64,000 bases of DNA from Auanema rhodensis (taxonomy: Eukaryota > Animalia > Nematoda). Below are positions 43,701 through 58,700 of the stretch, piece after piece. The position numbers and the translations under genes are program-made. How positions within the stretch are numbered: the first letter of the stretch is position 1; each line of letters opens with the position of its first letter. The notes under the pieces are model-generated. The model made no database searches and was not told the origin of the DNA. It saw only the letters and a program-made list of their open reading frames with translations. The stretch spans positions 124,001-188,000 of the forward strand of contig CAXKVF010000073.1 in the NCBI GenBank assembly GCA_964057225.1. Direction: 5' to 3'.

Positions 43701-46700
43701 ACGTGTACATTTAACTAGCATAAATTAAAGTTCACGTAAATTTCAAAGTCATGGTTACCATGAACCAATATCAATAAAAATTTGTTTTTAGACTAATATG
43801 GACATGGGGAATCTAATTTTGAAAACCGCTTCTCTTTATCTTTCACGTGAAGCGAGTTACATACCAAGTGCACATCACGTGTACATTTAATTAGCATAAA
43901 TTAAAGTTCACGTAAATTTCAAAGTCATGGTTACCATGAACCAATATCAATAAAAATTTGTTTTTAGACTAATATGGACATGGGGAATCTAATTTTGAAA
44001 ACCGCATCTCTTTATCTTTCACGTGAAGCGAGTTACATACCAAGTGCACATCACGTGTACATTTAATTAGCATAAATTAAAGTTCACGTAAATTTCAAAG
44101 TCATGGTTACCATGAACCAATATCAATAAAAATTTGTTTTTAGACTAATATGGACATGGGGAATCTAATTTTGAAAACCGCATCTCTTTATCTTTCACGT
44201 GAAGCGAGTTACATACCAAGTGCACATCACGTGTACATTTAATTAGCATAAATTAAAGTTCACGTAAATTTCAAAGTCATGGTTACCATGAAGCAATATC
44301 AATAAAAATTTGTTTTTAGACTAATATGGACATGGGGAATCTAATTTTGAAAACCGCATCTCTTTATCTTTCACGTGAAGCGAGTTACATACCAAGTGCA
44401 CATCACGTGTACATTTAATTAGCATAAATTAAAGTTCACGTAAATTTCAAAGTCATGGTTACCATGAACCAATATCAATAAAAATTTGTTTTTAGACTAA
44501 TATGGACATGGGGAATCTAATTTTGAAAACCGCATCTCTTTATCTTTCACGTGAAGCGAGTTACATACCAAGTGCACATCACGTGTACATTTAATTAGCA
44601 TAAAATAAAGTTCACGTAAATTTCAAAGTCATGGTTACCATGAACCAATATCAATAAAAATTTGTTTGTAGACTAATATGGACATGGGGAATCTAATTTT
44701 GAAAACCGCATCTCTTTATCTTTCACGTGAAGCGAGTTACATACCAAGTGCACATCACGTGTACATTTAATTAGCATAAATTAAAGTTCACGTAAATTTC
44801 AAAGTCATGGTTACCATGAACCAATATCAATAAAAATTTGTTTTTAGACTAATATGGACATGGGGAATCTAATTTTGGAAACCGCATCTCTTTATCTTTC
44901 ACGTGAAGCGAGTTACATACCAAGTGCACATCACGTGTACATTTAATTAGCATAAATTAAAGTTCACGTAAATTTCAAAGTCATGGTTACCATGAAGCAA
45001 TATCAATAAAAATTTGTTTTTAGACTAATATGGACATGGGGATTCTAATTTTGAAAACCGCATCTCTTTATCTTTCACGTGAAGCGAGTTACATACCAAG
45101 TGCACATCACGTGTACATTTAATTATCATAAATTAAAGTTCACGTAAATTTCAAAGTCATGGTTACCATGAACCAATATCAATAAAAATTTGTTTTTAGA
45201 CTAATATGGACATGGGGAATCTATTTTTGAAAACCGCATCTCTTTATCTTTCACGTGAAGCGAGTTACATACCAAGTGCACATCACGTGTACATTTAATT
45301 AGCATAAATTAAAGTTCACGTAAATTTCAAAGTCATGGTTACCATGAAGCAATATCAATAAAAATTTGTTTTTAGACTAATATGGACATGGGGAATCTAA
45401 TTTTGAAAACCGCATCTCTTTATCTTTCACGTGAAGCGAGTTACATACCAAGTGCACATCACGTGTACATTTAATTAGCATAAGTTAAAGTTCACGTAAA
45501 TTTCAAAGTCATGGTTACCATGAAGCAATATCAATAAAAATTTGTTTTTAGACTAATATGGACATGGGGAATCTAATTTTGAAAACCGCATCTCTTTATC
45601 TTTCACGTGAAGCGAGTTACATACCAAGTGCACATCACGTGTACATTTAATTAGCATAAATTAAAGTTCACGTAAATTTCAAAGTCATGGTTACCATGAA
45701 CCAATATCAATAAAAATTTGTTTGTAGACTAATATGGACATGGGGAATCTAATTTTGAAAACCGCATCTCTTTATCTTTCACGTGAAGCGAGTTACATAC
45801 CAAGTGCACATCACGTGTACATTTAATTAGCATAAATTAAAGTTCACGTAAATTTCAAAGTCATGGTTACCATGAACCAATATCAATAAAAATTTGTTTT
45901 TAGACTAATATGGACATGGGGAATCTAATTTTGGAAACCGCATCTCTTTATCTTTCACGTGAAGCGAGTTACATACCAAGTGCACATCACGTGTACATTT
46001 AATTAGCATAAATTAAAGTTCACGTAAATTTCAAAGTCATGGTTACCATGAAGCAATATCAATAAAAATTTGTTTTTAGACTAATATGGACATGGGGAAT
46101 CTAATTTTGAAAACCGCATCTCTTTATCTTTCACGTGAAGCGAGTTACATACCAAGTGCACATCACGTGTACATTTAATTATCATAAATTAAAGTTCACG
46201 TAAATTTCAAAGTCATGGTTACCATGAACCAATATCAATAAAAATTTGTTTTTAGACTAATATGGACATGGGGAATCTAATTTTGAAAACCGCATCTCTT
46301 TATCTTTCACGTGAAGCGAGTTACATACCAAGTGCACATCACGTGTACATTTAATTAGCATAAATTAAAGTTCACGTAAATTTCAAAGTCATGGTTACCA
46401 TGAAGCAATATCAATAAAAATTTGTTTTTAGACTAATATGGACATGGGGAATCTAATTTTGAAAACCGCATCTCTTTATCTTTCACGTGAAGCGAGTTAC
46501 ATACCAAGTGCACATCACGTGTACATTTAATTAGCATAAATTAAAGTTCACGTAAATTTCAAAGTCATGGTTACCATGAAGCAATATCAATAAAAATTTG
46601 TTTTTAGACTAATATGGACATGGGGAATCTAATTTTGAAAACCGCATCTCTTTATCTTTCACGTGAAGCGAGTTACATACCAAGTGCACATCACGTGTAC

Positions 46701-49700
46701 ATTTAATTAGCATGAATTAAAGTTCACGTAAATTTCAAAGTCATGGTTACCATGCACCAATATCAATAAAAATTTGTTTTTAGACTAATATGGACATGGG
46801 GAATCTAATTTTGAAAACCGCATCTCTTTATCTTTCACGTGAAGCGAGTTACATACCAAGTGCACATCACGTGTACATTTAATTAGCATAAATTAAAGTT
46901 CACGTAAATTTCAAAGTCATGGTTACCATGCACCAATATCAATAAAAATTTGTTTTTAGACTAATATGGACATGGGGAATCTAATTTTGAAAACCGCATC
47001 TCTTTATCTTTCACGTGAAGCGAGTTACATACCAAGTGCACATCACGTGTACATTTAATTAGCATAAATTAAAGTTCACGTAAATTTCAAAGTCATGGTT
47101 ACCATGAAGCAATATCAATAAAAATTTGTTTTTAGACTAATATGGACATGGGGAATCTAATTTTGAAAACCGCATCTCTTTATCTTTCACGTGAAGCGAG
47201 TTACATACCAAGTGCACATCACGTGTACATTTAATTATCATAAATTAAAGTTCACGTAAATTTCAAAGTCATGGTTACCATGAACCAATATCAATAAAAA
47301 TTTGTTTTTAGACTAATATGGACATGGGGAATCTAATTTTGAAAACCGCATCTCTTTATCTTTCACGTGAAGCGAGTTACATACCAAGTGCACATCACGT
47401 GTACATTTAATTAGCATAAATTAAAGTTCACGTAAATTTCAAAGTCATGGTTACCATGAAGCAATATCAATAAAAATTTGTTTTTAGACTAATATGGACA
47501 TGGGGAATCTAATTTTGAAAACCGCATCTCTTTATCTTTCACGTGAAGCGAGTTACATACCAAGTGCACATCACGTGTACATTTAATTAGCATAAATTAA
47601 AGTTCACGTAAATTTCAAAGTCATGGTTACCATGAACCAATATCAATAAAAATTTGTTTGTAGACTAATATGGACATGGGGAATCTAATTTTGAAAACCG
47701 CATCTCTTTATCTTTCACGTGAAGCGAGTTACATACCAAGTGCACATCACGTGTACATTTAATTAGCATAAATTAAAGTTCACGTAAATTTCAAAGTCAT
47801 GGTTACCATGAACCAATATCAATAAAAATTTGTTTTTAGACTAATATGGACATGGGGAATCTAATTTTGGAAACCGCATCTCTTTATCTTTCACGTGAAG
47901 CGAGTTACATACCAAGTGCACATCACGTGTACATTTAATTAGCATAAATTAAAGTTCACGTAAATTTCAAAGTCATGGTTACCATGAAGCAATATCAATA
48001 AAAATTTGTTTTTAGACTAATATGGACATGGGGAATCTAATTTTGAAAACCGCATCTCTTTATCTTTCACGTGAAGCGAGTTACATACCAAGTGCACATC
48101 ACGTGTACATTTAATTATCATAAATTAAAGTTCACGTAAATTTCAAAGTCATGGTTACCATGAACCAATATCAATAAAAATTTGTTTTTAGACTAATATG
48201 GACATGGGGAATCTAATTTTGAAAACCGCATCTCTTTATCTTTCACGTGAAGCGAGTTACATACCAAGTGCACATCACGTGTACATTTAATTAGCATAAA
48301 TTAAAGTTCACGTAAATTTCAAAGTCATGGTTACCATGAAGCAATATCAATAAAAATTTGTTTTTAGACTAATATGGACATGGGGAATCTAATTTTGAAA
48401 ACCGCATCTCTTTATCTTTCACGTGAAGCGAGTTACATACCAAGTGCACATCACGTGTACATTTAATTAGCATAAATTAAAGTTCACGTAAATTTCAAAG
48501 TCATGGTTACCATGAAGCAATATCAATAAAAATTTGTTTTTAGACTAATATGGACATGGGGAATCTAATTTTGAAAACCGCATCTCTTTATCTTTCACGT
48601 GAAGCGAGTTACATACCAAGTGCACATCACGTGTACATTTAATTAGCATGAATTAAAGTTCACGTAAATTTCAAAGTCATGGTTACCATGCACCAATATC
48701 AATAAAAATTTGTTTTTAGACTAATATGGACATGGGGAATCTAATTTTGAAAACCGCATCTCTTTATCTTTCACGTGAAGCGAGTTACATACCAAGTGCA
48801 CATCACGTGTACATTTAATTAGCATAAATTAAAGTTCACGTAAATTTCAAAGTCATGGTTACCATGCACCAATATCAATAAAAATTTGTTTTTAGACTAA
48901 TATGGACATGGGGAATCTAATTTTGAAAACCGCATCTCTTTATCTTTCACGTGAAGCGAGTTACATACCAAGTGCACATCACGTGTACATTTAATTAGCA
49001 TAAATTAAAGTTCACGTAAATTTCAAAGTCATGGTTACCATGAACCAATATCAATAAAAAGTTGTTTTTAGACTAATATGGACATGGGGAATCTAATTTT
49101 GAAAACCGCATCTCTTTATCTTTCACGTGAAGCGAGTTACATACCAAGTGCACATCACGTGTACATTTAATTAGCATAAATTAAAGTTCACGTAAATTTC
49201 AAAGTCATGGTTACCATGCACCAATATCAATAAAAATTTGTTTTTAGACTAATATGGACATGGGGAATCTAATTTTGAAAACCGCATCTCTTTATCTTTC
49301 ACGTGAAGCGAGTTACATACCAAGTGCACATCACGTGTACATTTAATTAGCATAAATTAAAGTTCACGTAAATTTCAAAGTCATGGTTACCATGAACCAA
49401 TATCAATAAAAATTTGTTTTTAGACTAATATGGACATGGGGAATCTAATTTTAAAAACCGCATCTCTTTATCTTTCACGTGAAGCGAGTTACATACCAAG
49501 TGCACATCACGTGTACATTTAATTAGCATAAATTAAAGTTCACGTAAATTTCAAAGTCATGGTTACCATGAAGCAATATCAATAAAAATTTGTTTTTAGA
49601 CTAATATGGACATGGGGAATCTAATTTTGAAAACCGCATCTCTTTATCTTTCACGTGAAGCGAGTTACATACCAAGTGCACATCACGTGTACATTTAATT

Positions 49701-52700
49701 AGCATAAATTAAAGTTCACGTAAATTTCAAAGTCATGGTTACCATGCACCAATATCAATAAAAATTTGTTTTTAGACTAATATGGACATGGGGAATCTAA
49801 TTTTGAAAACCGCATCTCTTTATCTTTCACGTGAAGCGAGTTACATACCAAGTGCACATCACGTGTACATTTAATTAGCATAAATTAAAGTTCACGTAAA
49901 TTTCAAAGTCATGGTTACCATGAACCAATATCAATAAAAATTTGTTTTTAGACTAATATGGACATGGGGAATCTAATTTTGAAAACCGCATCTCTTTATC
50001 TTTCACGTGAAGCGAGTTACATACCAAGTGCACATCACGTGTACATTTAATTAGCATAAATTAAAATTCACGTAAATTTCAAAGTCATGGTTACCATGAA
50101 GCAATATCAATAAAAATTTGTTTTTAGACTAATATGGACATGGGGAATTTAATTTTGAAAACCGCATCTCTTTATCTTTCACGTGAAGCGAGTTACATAC
50201 CAAGTGCACATCACGTGTACATTTATTTAGCATAAATTAAAGTTCACGTAAATTTCAAAGTCATGGTTACCATGAACCAATATCAATAAAAATTTGTTTT
50301 TAGACTAATATGGACATGGGGAATCTAATTTTGAAAACCGCATCTCTTTATCTTTCACGTGAAGCGAGTTACATACCAAGTGCACATCACGTGTACATTT
50401 AATTAGCATAAATTAAAGTTCACGTAATGTTCAAAGTCATGGTTACCATGAACCAATATCAATAAAAATTTGTTTTTAGACTAATATGGAAATGGGGAAT
50501 CTAATTTTGAAAACCGCATCTCTTTATCTTTCACGTGAAGCGAGTTACATACCAAGTGCACATCACGTGTACATTTAATAAGCATAAATTAAAGTTCACG
50601 TAAATTTCAAAGTCATGGTTACCATGAAGCAATATCAATAAAAATTTGTTTTTAGACTAATATGGACATGGGGAATCTAATTTTGAAAACCGCATCTCTT
50701 TATCTTTCACGTGAAGCGAGTTACATACCAAGTGCACATCACGTGTACATTTAATTAGCATAAATTAAAGTTCACGTAAATTTCAAAGTCATGGTTACCA
50801 TGAACCAATATCGATAAAAATTTGTTTTTAGACTAATATGGACATGGGGAATCTAATTTTGAAAACCGCATCTCTTTATCTTTCACGTGAAGCGAGTTAC
50901 ATACCAAGTGCACATCACGTGTACATTTAATTAGCATAAATTAAAGTTCACGTAAATTTCAAAGTCATGGTTACCATGAAGCAATATCAATAAAAATTTG
51001 TTTTTAGACTAATATGGACATGGGGAATCTAATTTTGGAAACCGCATCTCTTTATCTTTCACGTGAAGCGAGTTACATACCAAGTGCACATCACGTGTAC
51101 ATTTAATTAGCATAAATTAAAGTTCACGTAAATTTCAAAGTCATGGTTACCATGAACCAATATCAATAAAAATTTGTTTTTAGACTAATATGGACATGGG
51201 GAATCTAATTTTGAAAACCGCATCTCTTTATCTTTCACGTGAAGCGAGTTACATACCAAGTGCACATCACGTGTACATTTAATTAGCATAAATTAAAGTT
51301 CACGTAAATTTCAAAGTCATGGTTACCATGAAGCAATATCAATAAAAATTCGTTTTTAGACTAATATGGACATGGGGAATCTAATTTTGAAAACCGCATC
51401 TCTTTATCTTTCACGTGAAGCGAGTTACATACCAAGTGCACATCACGTGTACATTTAATTAGCATAAATTAAAGTTCACGTAAATTTCAAAGTCATGGTT
51501 ACCATGAACCAATATCAATAAAAATTTGTTTTTAGACTAATATGGACATGGGGAATCTAATTTTGAAAACCGCATCTCTTTATCTTTCACGTGAAGCGAG
51601 TTACATACCAAGTGCACATCACGTGTACATTTAATTAGCATAAATTAAAGTTCACGTAAATTTCAAAGTCATGGTTACCATGAACCAATATCAATAAAAA
51701 TTTGTTTTTAGACTAATATGGACATGGGGAATCTAATTTTGAAAACCGCATCTCTTTATCTTTCACGTGAAGCGAGTTACATACCAAGTGCACATCACGT
51801 GTACATTTAATTAGCATAAATTAAAGTTCACGTAAATTTCAAAGTCATGGTTACCATGCACCAATATCAATAAAAATTTGTTTTTAGACTAATATGGACA
51901 TGGGGGATCTAATTTTGAAAACCGCATCTCTTTATCTTTCACGTGAAGCGAGTTACATACCAAGTGCACATCACGTGTACATTTAATTAGCATAAATTAA
52001 AGTTCACGTAAATTTCAAAGTCATGGTTACCATGAACCAATATCAATAAAAATTTGTTTTTAGACTAATATGGACATGGGTAATCTAATTTTGAAAACCG
52101 CATCTCTTTATCTTTCATGTGAAGCGAGTTACATACCAAGTGCACATCACATGTACATTTAATTAGCATAAATTAAAGTTCACGTAAATTTCAAAGTCAT
52201 GGTTACCATGCACCAATATCAATAAAAATTTGTTTTTAGACTAATATGGACATGGGGAATATAATTTTGAAAACCGCATCTCTTTATCTTTCACGTGAAG
52301 CGAGTTACATACCAAGTGCACATCACGTGTACATTTAATTAGCATAAATTAAAGTTCACGTAAATTTCAAAGTCATGGTTACCATGCACCAATATCAATA
52401 AAAATTTGTTTTTAGACTAATATGGACATGGGGAATCTAATTTTGAAAACCGCATCTCTTTATCTTTCACGTGAAGCGAGTTACATACCAAGTGCACATC
52501 ACGTGTACATTTAATTAGCATAAATTAAAGTTCACGTAAATTTCAAAGTCATGGTTACCATGCACCAATATCAATAAAAATTTGTTTTTAGACTAATATG
52601 GACATGGGGAATCTAATTTTGAAAACCGCATCTCTTTATCTTTCACGTGAAGCGAGTTACATACCAAGTGCACATCACGTGTACATTTAATTAGCATAAA

Positions 52701-55700
52701 TTAAAGTTCACGTAAAATTCAAAGTCATGGTTACCATGCACCAATATCAATAAAAATTTGTTTTTAGACTAATATGGAAATGGGGAATCTAATTTTGAAA
52801 ACCGCATCTCTTTATCTTTCACGTGAAGCGAGTTACATACCAAGTGCACATCACGTGTACATTTAATTTGCATAAATTAAAGTTCACGTAAATTTCAAAG
52901 TCATGGTTACCATGCACCAATATCAATAAAAATTTGTTTTTAGACTAATATGGTCATGGGGAATCTAATTTTGAAAACCGCATCTCTTTATCTTTCACGT
53001 GAAGCGAGTTACATACCAAGTGCACATCACGTGTACATTTAATTAGCATAAATTAAAGTTCACGTAAATTTCAAAGTCATGGTTACCATGCACCAATATC
53101 AATAAAAATTTGTTTTTAGACTAATATGGACATGGGGAATCTAATTTTGAAAACCGCATCTCTTTATCTTTCACGTGAAGCGAGTTACATACCAAGTGCA
53201 CATCACGTGTACATTTAATTAGCATAAATTAAAGTTCACGTAAAATTCAAAGTCATGGTTACCATGCACCAATATCAATAAAAATTTGTTTTTAGACTAA
53301 TATGGACATGGGGAATCTAATTTTGAAAACCGCATCTCTTTATCTTTCACGTGAAGCGAGTTACATACCAAGTGCACATCACGTGTACATTTAATTAGCA
53401 TAAATTAAAGTTCACGTAAATTTCAAAGTCATGGTTACCATGCACCAATATCAATAAAAATTTGTTTTTAGACTAATATGGTCATGGGGAATCTAATTTT
53501 GAAAACCGCATCTCTTTATCTTTCACGTGAAGCGAGTTACATACCAAGTGCACATCACGTGTACATTTAATTAGCATAAATTAAAGTTCACGTAAATTTC
53601 AAAGTCATGGTTACCATGCACCAATATCAATAAAAATTTGTTTTTAGACTAATATGGACATGGGGAATCTGATTTTGAAAACCGCATCTCTTTATCTTTC
53701 ACGTGAAGCGAGTTACATACCAAGTGCACATCACGTGTACATTTAATTAGCATAAATTAAAGTTCACGTAAATTTCAAAGTCATGGTTACCATGAACCAA
53801 TATCAATAAAAAATTGTTTTTAGACTAATATGGACATGGGGAATCTAATTTTGAAAACCGCATCTCTTTATCTTTCACGTGAAGCGAGTTACATACCAAG
53901 TGCACATCACGTGTACATTTAATTAGCATAAATTAAAGTTCACGTAAATTTCAAAGTCATGGTTACCATGAACCAATATCAATAAAAATTTGTTTTTAGA
54001 CTAATATGGACATGGGGAATCTAATTTTGAAAACCGCATCTCTTTATCTTTCACGTGAAGCGAGTTACATACCAAGTGCACATCACGTGTACATTTAATT
54101 AGCATAAATTAAAGTTCACGTAAATTTCAAAGTCATGGTTACCATGCACCAATATCAATAAAAATTTGTTTTTAGACTAATATGGACATGGGGAATCTAA
54201 TTTTGAAAACAGCATCTCTTTATCTTTCACGTGAAGCGAGTTACATACCAAGTGCACATCACGTGTACATTTAATTAGCATAAATTAAAGTTCACGTAAA
54301 TTTCAAAGTCATGGTTACCATGAACCAATATCAATAAAAATTTGTTTTTAGACTAATATGGACATGGGGAATCTAATTTTGAAAACCGCATCTCTTTATC
54401 TTTCACGTGAAGCGAGTTACATACCAAGTGCACATCACTTTACATTTAATTAGCATAAATTAAAGTTCACGTAAATTTCAAAGTCATGGTTACCATGAAC
54501 CAATATCAATAAAAATTTGTTTTTAGACTAATATGGACATGGGGAATCTAATTTCGAAAACCGCATCTCTTTATCTTTCACGTGAAGCGAGTTACATACC
54601 AAGTGCACATCACGTGTACATTTAATTAGCATAAATTAAAGTTCACGTAAATTTCAAAGTCATGGTTACCATGAAGCAATATCAATAAAAATTTGTTTTT
54701 AGACTAATATGGACATGGGGAATCTAATTTTGAAAACCGCATCTCTTTATCTTTCACGTGAAGCGAGTTACATACCAAGTGCACATCACGTGTACATTTA
54801 ATTAGCATAAATTAAAGTTCACGTAAATTTCAAAGTCATGGTTACCATGAACCAATATCAATAAAAATTTGTTTTTAGACTAATATGGACATGGGGAATC
54901 TAATTTAGGAAACCGCATCTCTTTATCTTTCACGTGAAGCGAGTTACATACCAAGTGCACATCACGTGTACATTTAATTAGCATAAATTAAAGTTCACGT
55001 AAATTTCAAAGTCATGGTTACCATGAACCAATATCAATAAAAATTTGTTTTTAGACTAATATGGACATGGGGAATCTAATTTAGGAAACCGCATCTCTTT
55101 ATCTTTCACGTGAAGCGAGTTACATACCAAGTGCACATCACGTGTATATTTAATTAGCATAAATTAAAGTTCACGTAAATTTCAAAGTCATGGTTACCAT
55201 GAACCAATATCAATAAAAATTTGTTTGTAGACTAATATGGACATGGGGAATCTAATTTTGAAAACCGCATCTCTTTATCTTTCACGTGAAGCGAGTTACA
55301 TACCAAGTGCACATCACGTGTACATTTAATTAGCATAAATTAAAGTTCACGTAAATTTCAAAGTCATGGTTACCATGAACCAATATCAATAAAAATTTGT
55401 TTTTAGACTAATATGGACATGGGGAATCTAATTTTGAAAACCGCATCTCTTTATCTTTCACGTGAAGCGAGTTACATACCAAGTGCACATCACGTGTACA
55501 TTTAATTAGCATAAATTAAAGTTCACGTAAATTTCAAAGTCATGGTTACCATGAACCAATATCAATAAAAATTTGTTTTTAGACTAATATGGACATGGGG
55601 AATCTAATTTTGAAAACCGCATCTCTTTATCTTTCACGTGAAGCGAGTTACATACCAAGTGCACATCACGTGTACATTTAATTAGCATAAATTAAAGTTC

Positions 55701-58700
55701 ACGTAAATTTCAAAGTCATGGTTACCATGAAGCAATATCAATAAAAATTTGTTTTTAGACTAATATGGACATGGGGAATCTAATTTTGAAAACCGCATCT
55801 CTTTATCTTTCACGTGAAGCGAGTTACATACCAAGTGCACATCACGTGTACATTTAATTAGCATAAATTAAAGTTCACGTAAATTTCAAAGTCATGGTTA
55901 TCATGAACCAATATCAATAAAAATTTGTTTTTAGACTAATATGGACATGGGGAATCTAATTTTGAAAACCGCATCTCTTTATCTTTCACGTGAAGCGAGT
56001 TACATACCAAGTGCACATCACGTGTACATTTAATTAGCATAAATTAAAGTTCACGTAAATTTCAAAGTCATGGTTACCATGAAGCAATATCAATAAAAAT
56101 TTGTTTTTAGACTAATATGGACATGGGGAATCTAATTTTGAAAACCGCATCTCTTTATCTTTCACGTGAAGCGAGTTACATACCAAGTGCACATCACGTG
56201 TACATTTAATTAGCATGAATTAAAGTTCACGTAAATTTCAAAGTCATGGTTACCATGCACCAATATCAATAAAAATTTGTTTTTAGACTAATATGGACAT
56301 GGGGAATCTAATTTTGAAAACCGCATCTCTTTATCTTTCACGTGAAGCGAGTTACATACCAAGTGCACATCACGTGTACATTTAATTAGCATAAATTAAA
56401 GTTCACGTAAATTTCAAAGTCATGGTTACCATGAACCAATATCAATAAAAATTTGTTTTTAGACTAATATGGACATGGGGAATCTAATTTTGAAAACCGC
56501 ATCTCTTTATCTTTCACGTGAAGCGAGTTACATACCAAGTGCACATCACGTGTAAATTTAATTAGCATAAATTAAAGTTCACGTAAATTTCAAAGTCATG
56601 GTTACCATGAAGCAATATCAATAAAAATTTGTTTTTAGACTAATATGGACATGGGGAATCTAATTTTGAAAACCGCATCTCTTTATCTTTCACGTGAAGC
56701 GAGTTACATACCAAGTGCACATCACGTGTACATTTAATTAGCATAAATTAAAGTTCACGTAAATTTCAAAGTCATGGTTATCATGAACCAATATCAATAA
56801 AAATTTGTTTTTAGACTAATATGGACATGGGGAATCTAATTTTGAAAACCGCATCTCTTTATCTTTCACGTGAAGCGAGTTACATACCAAGTGCACATCA
56901 CGTGTACATTTAATTAGCATAAATTAAAGTTCACGTAAATTTCAAAGTCATGGTTACCATGAAGCAATATCAATAAAAATTTGTTTTTAGACTAATATGG
57001 ACATGGGGAATCTAATTTTGAAAACCGCATCTCTTTATCTTTCACGTGAAGCGAGTTACATACCAAGTGCACATCACGTGTACATTTAATTAGCATGAAT
57101 TAAAGTTCACGTAAATTTCAAAGTCATGGTTACCATGCACCAATATCAATAAAAATTTGTTTTTAGACTAATATGGACATGGGGAATCTAATTTTGAAAA
57201 CCGCATCTCTTTATCTTTCACGTGAAGCGAGTTACATACCAAGTGCACATCACGTGTACATTTAATTAGCATAAATTAAAGTTCACGTAAATTTCAAAGT
57301 CATGGTTACCATGCACCAATATCAATAAAAATTTGTTTTTAGACTAATATGGACATGGGGAATCTAATTTTGAAAACCGCATCTCTTTATCTTTCACGTG
57401 AAGCGAGTTACATACCAAGTGCACATCACGTGTACATTTAATTAGCATAAATTAAAGTTCACGTAAATTTCAAAGTCATGGTTACCATGCACCAATATCA
57501 ATAAAAAGTTGTTTTTAGACTAATATGGACATGGGGAATCTAATTTTGAAAACCGCATCTCTTTATCTTTCACGTGAAGCGAGTTACATACCAAGTGCAC
57601 ATCACGTGTACATTTAATTAGCATAAATTAAAGTTCACGTAAATTTCAAAGTCATGGTTACCATGCACCAATATCAATAAAAATTTGTTTTTAGACTAAT
57701 ATGGACATGGGGAATCTAATTTTGAAAACCGCATCTCTTTATCTTTCACGTGAAGCGAGTTACATACCAAGTGCACATCACGTGTACATTTAATTAGCAT
57801 AAATTAAAGTTCACGTAAATTTCAAAGTCATGGTTACCATGAACCAATATCAATAAAAATTTGTTTTTAGACTAATATGGACATGGGGAATCTAATTTTA
57901 AAAACCGCATCTCTTTATCTTTCACGTGAAGCGAGTTACATACCAAGTGCACATCACGTGTACATTTAATTAGCATAAATTAAAGTTCACGTAAATTTCA
58001 AAGTCATGGTTACCATGAACCAATATCAATAAAAATTTGTTTTTAGACTAATATGGACATGGGGAATTTAATTTTGAAAACCGCATCTCTTTATCTTTCA
58101 CGTGAAGCGAGTTACATACCAAGTGCACATCACGTGTACATTTAATTAGCATAAATTAAAGTTCACGTAAATTTCAAAGTCATGGTTACCATGAACCAAT
58201 ATCAATAAAAATTTGTTTTTAGACTAATATGGACATGGGGAATCTAATTTTGAAAACCGCATCTCTTTATCTTTCACGTGAAGCGAGTTACATACCAAGT
58301 GCACATCACGTGTACATTTAATTAGCATAAATTAAAGTTCACGTAAATTTCAAAGTCATGGTTACCATGAACCAATATCAATAAAAATTTGTTTTTAGAC
58401 TAATATGGACATGGGGAATCTAATTTTGAAAACCGCATCTCTTTATCTTTCACGTGAAGCGAGTTACATACCAAGTGCACATCACGTGTACATTTAATTA
58501 GCATAAATTAAAGTTCACGTAAATTTCAAAGTCATGGTTACCATGAACCAATATCAATAAAAATTTGTTTTTAGACTAATATGGACATGGGGAATCTAAT
58601 TTTAAAAACCGCATCTCTTTATCTTTCACGTGAAGCGAGTTACATACCAAGTGCACATCACGTGTACATTTAATTAGCATAAATTAAAGTTCACGTAAAT

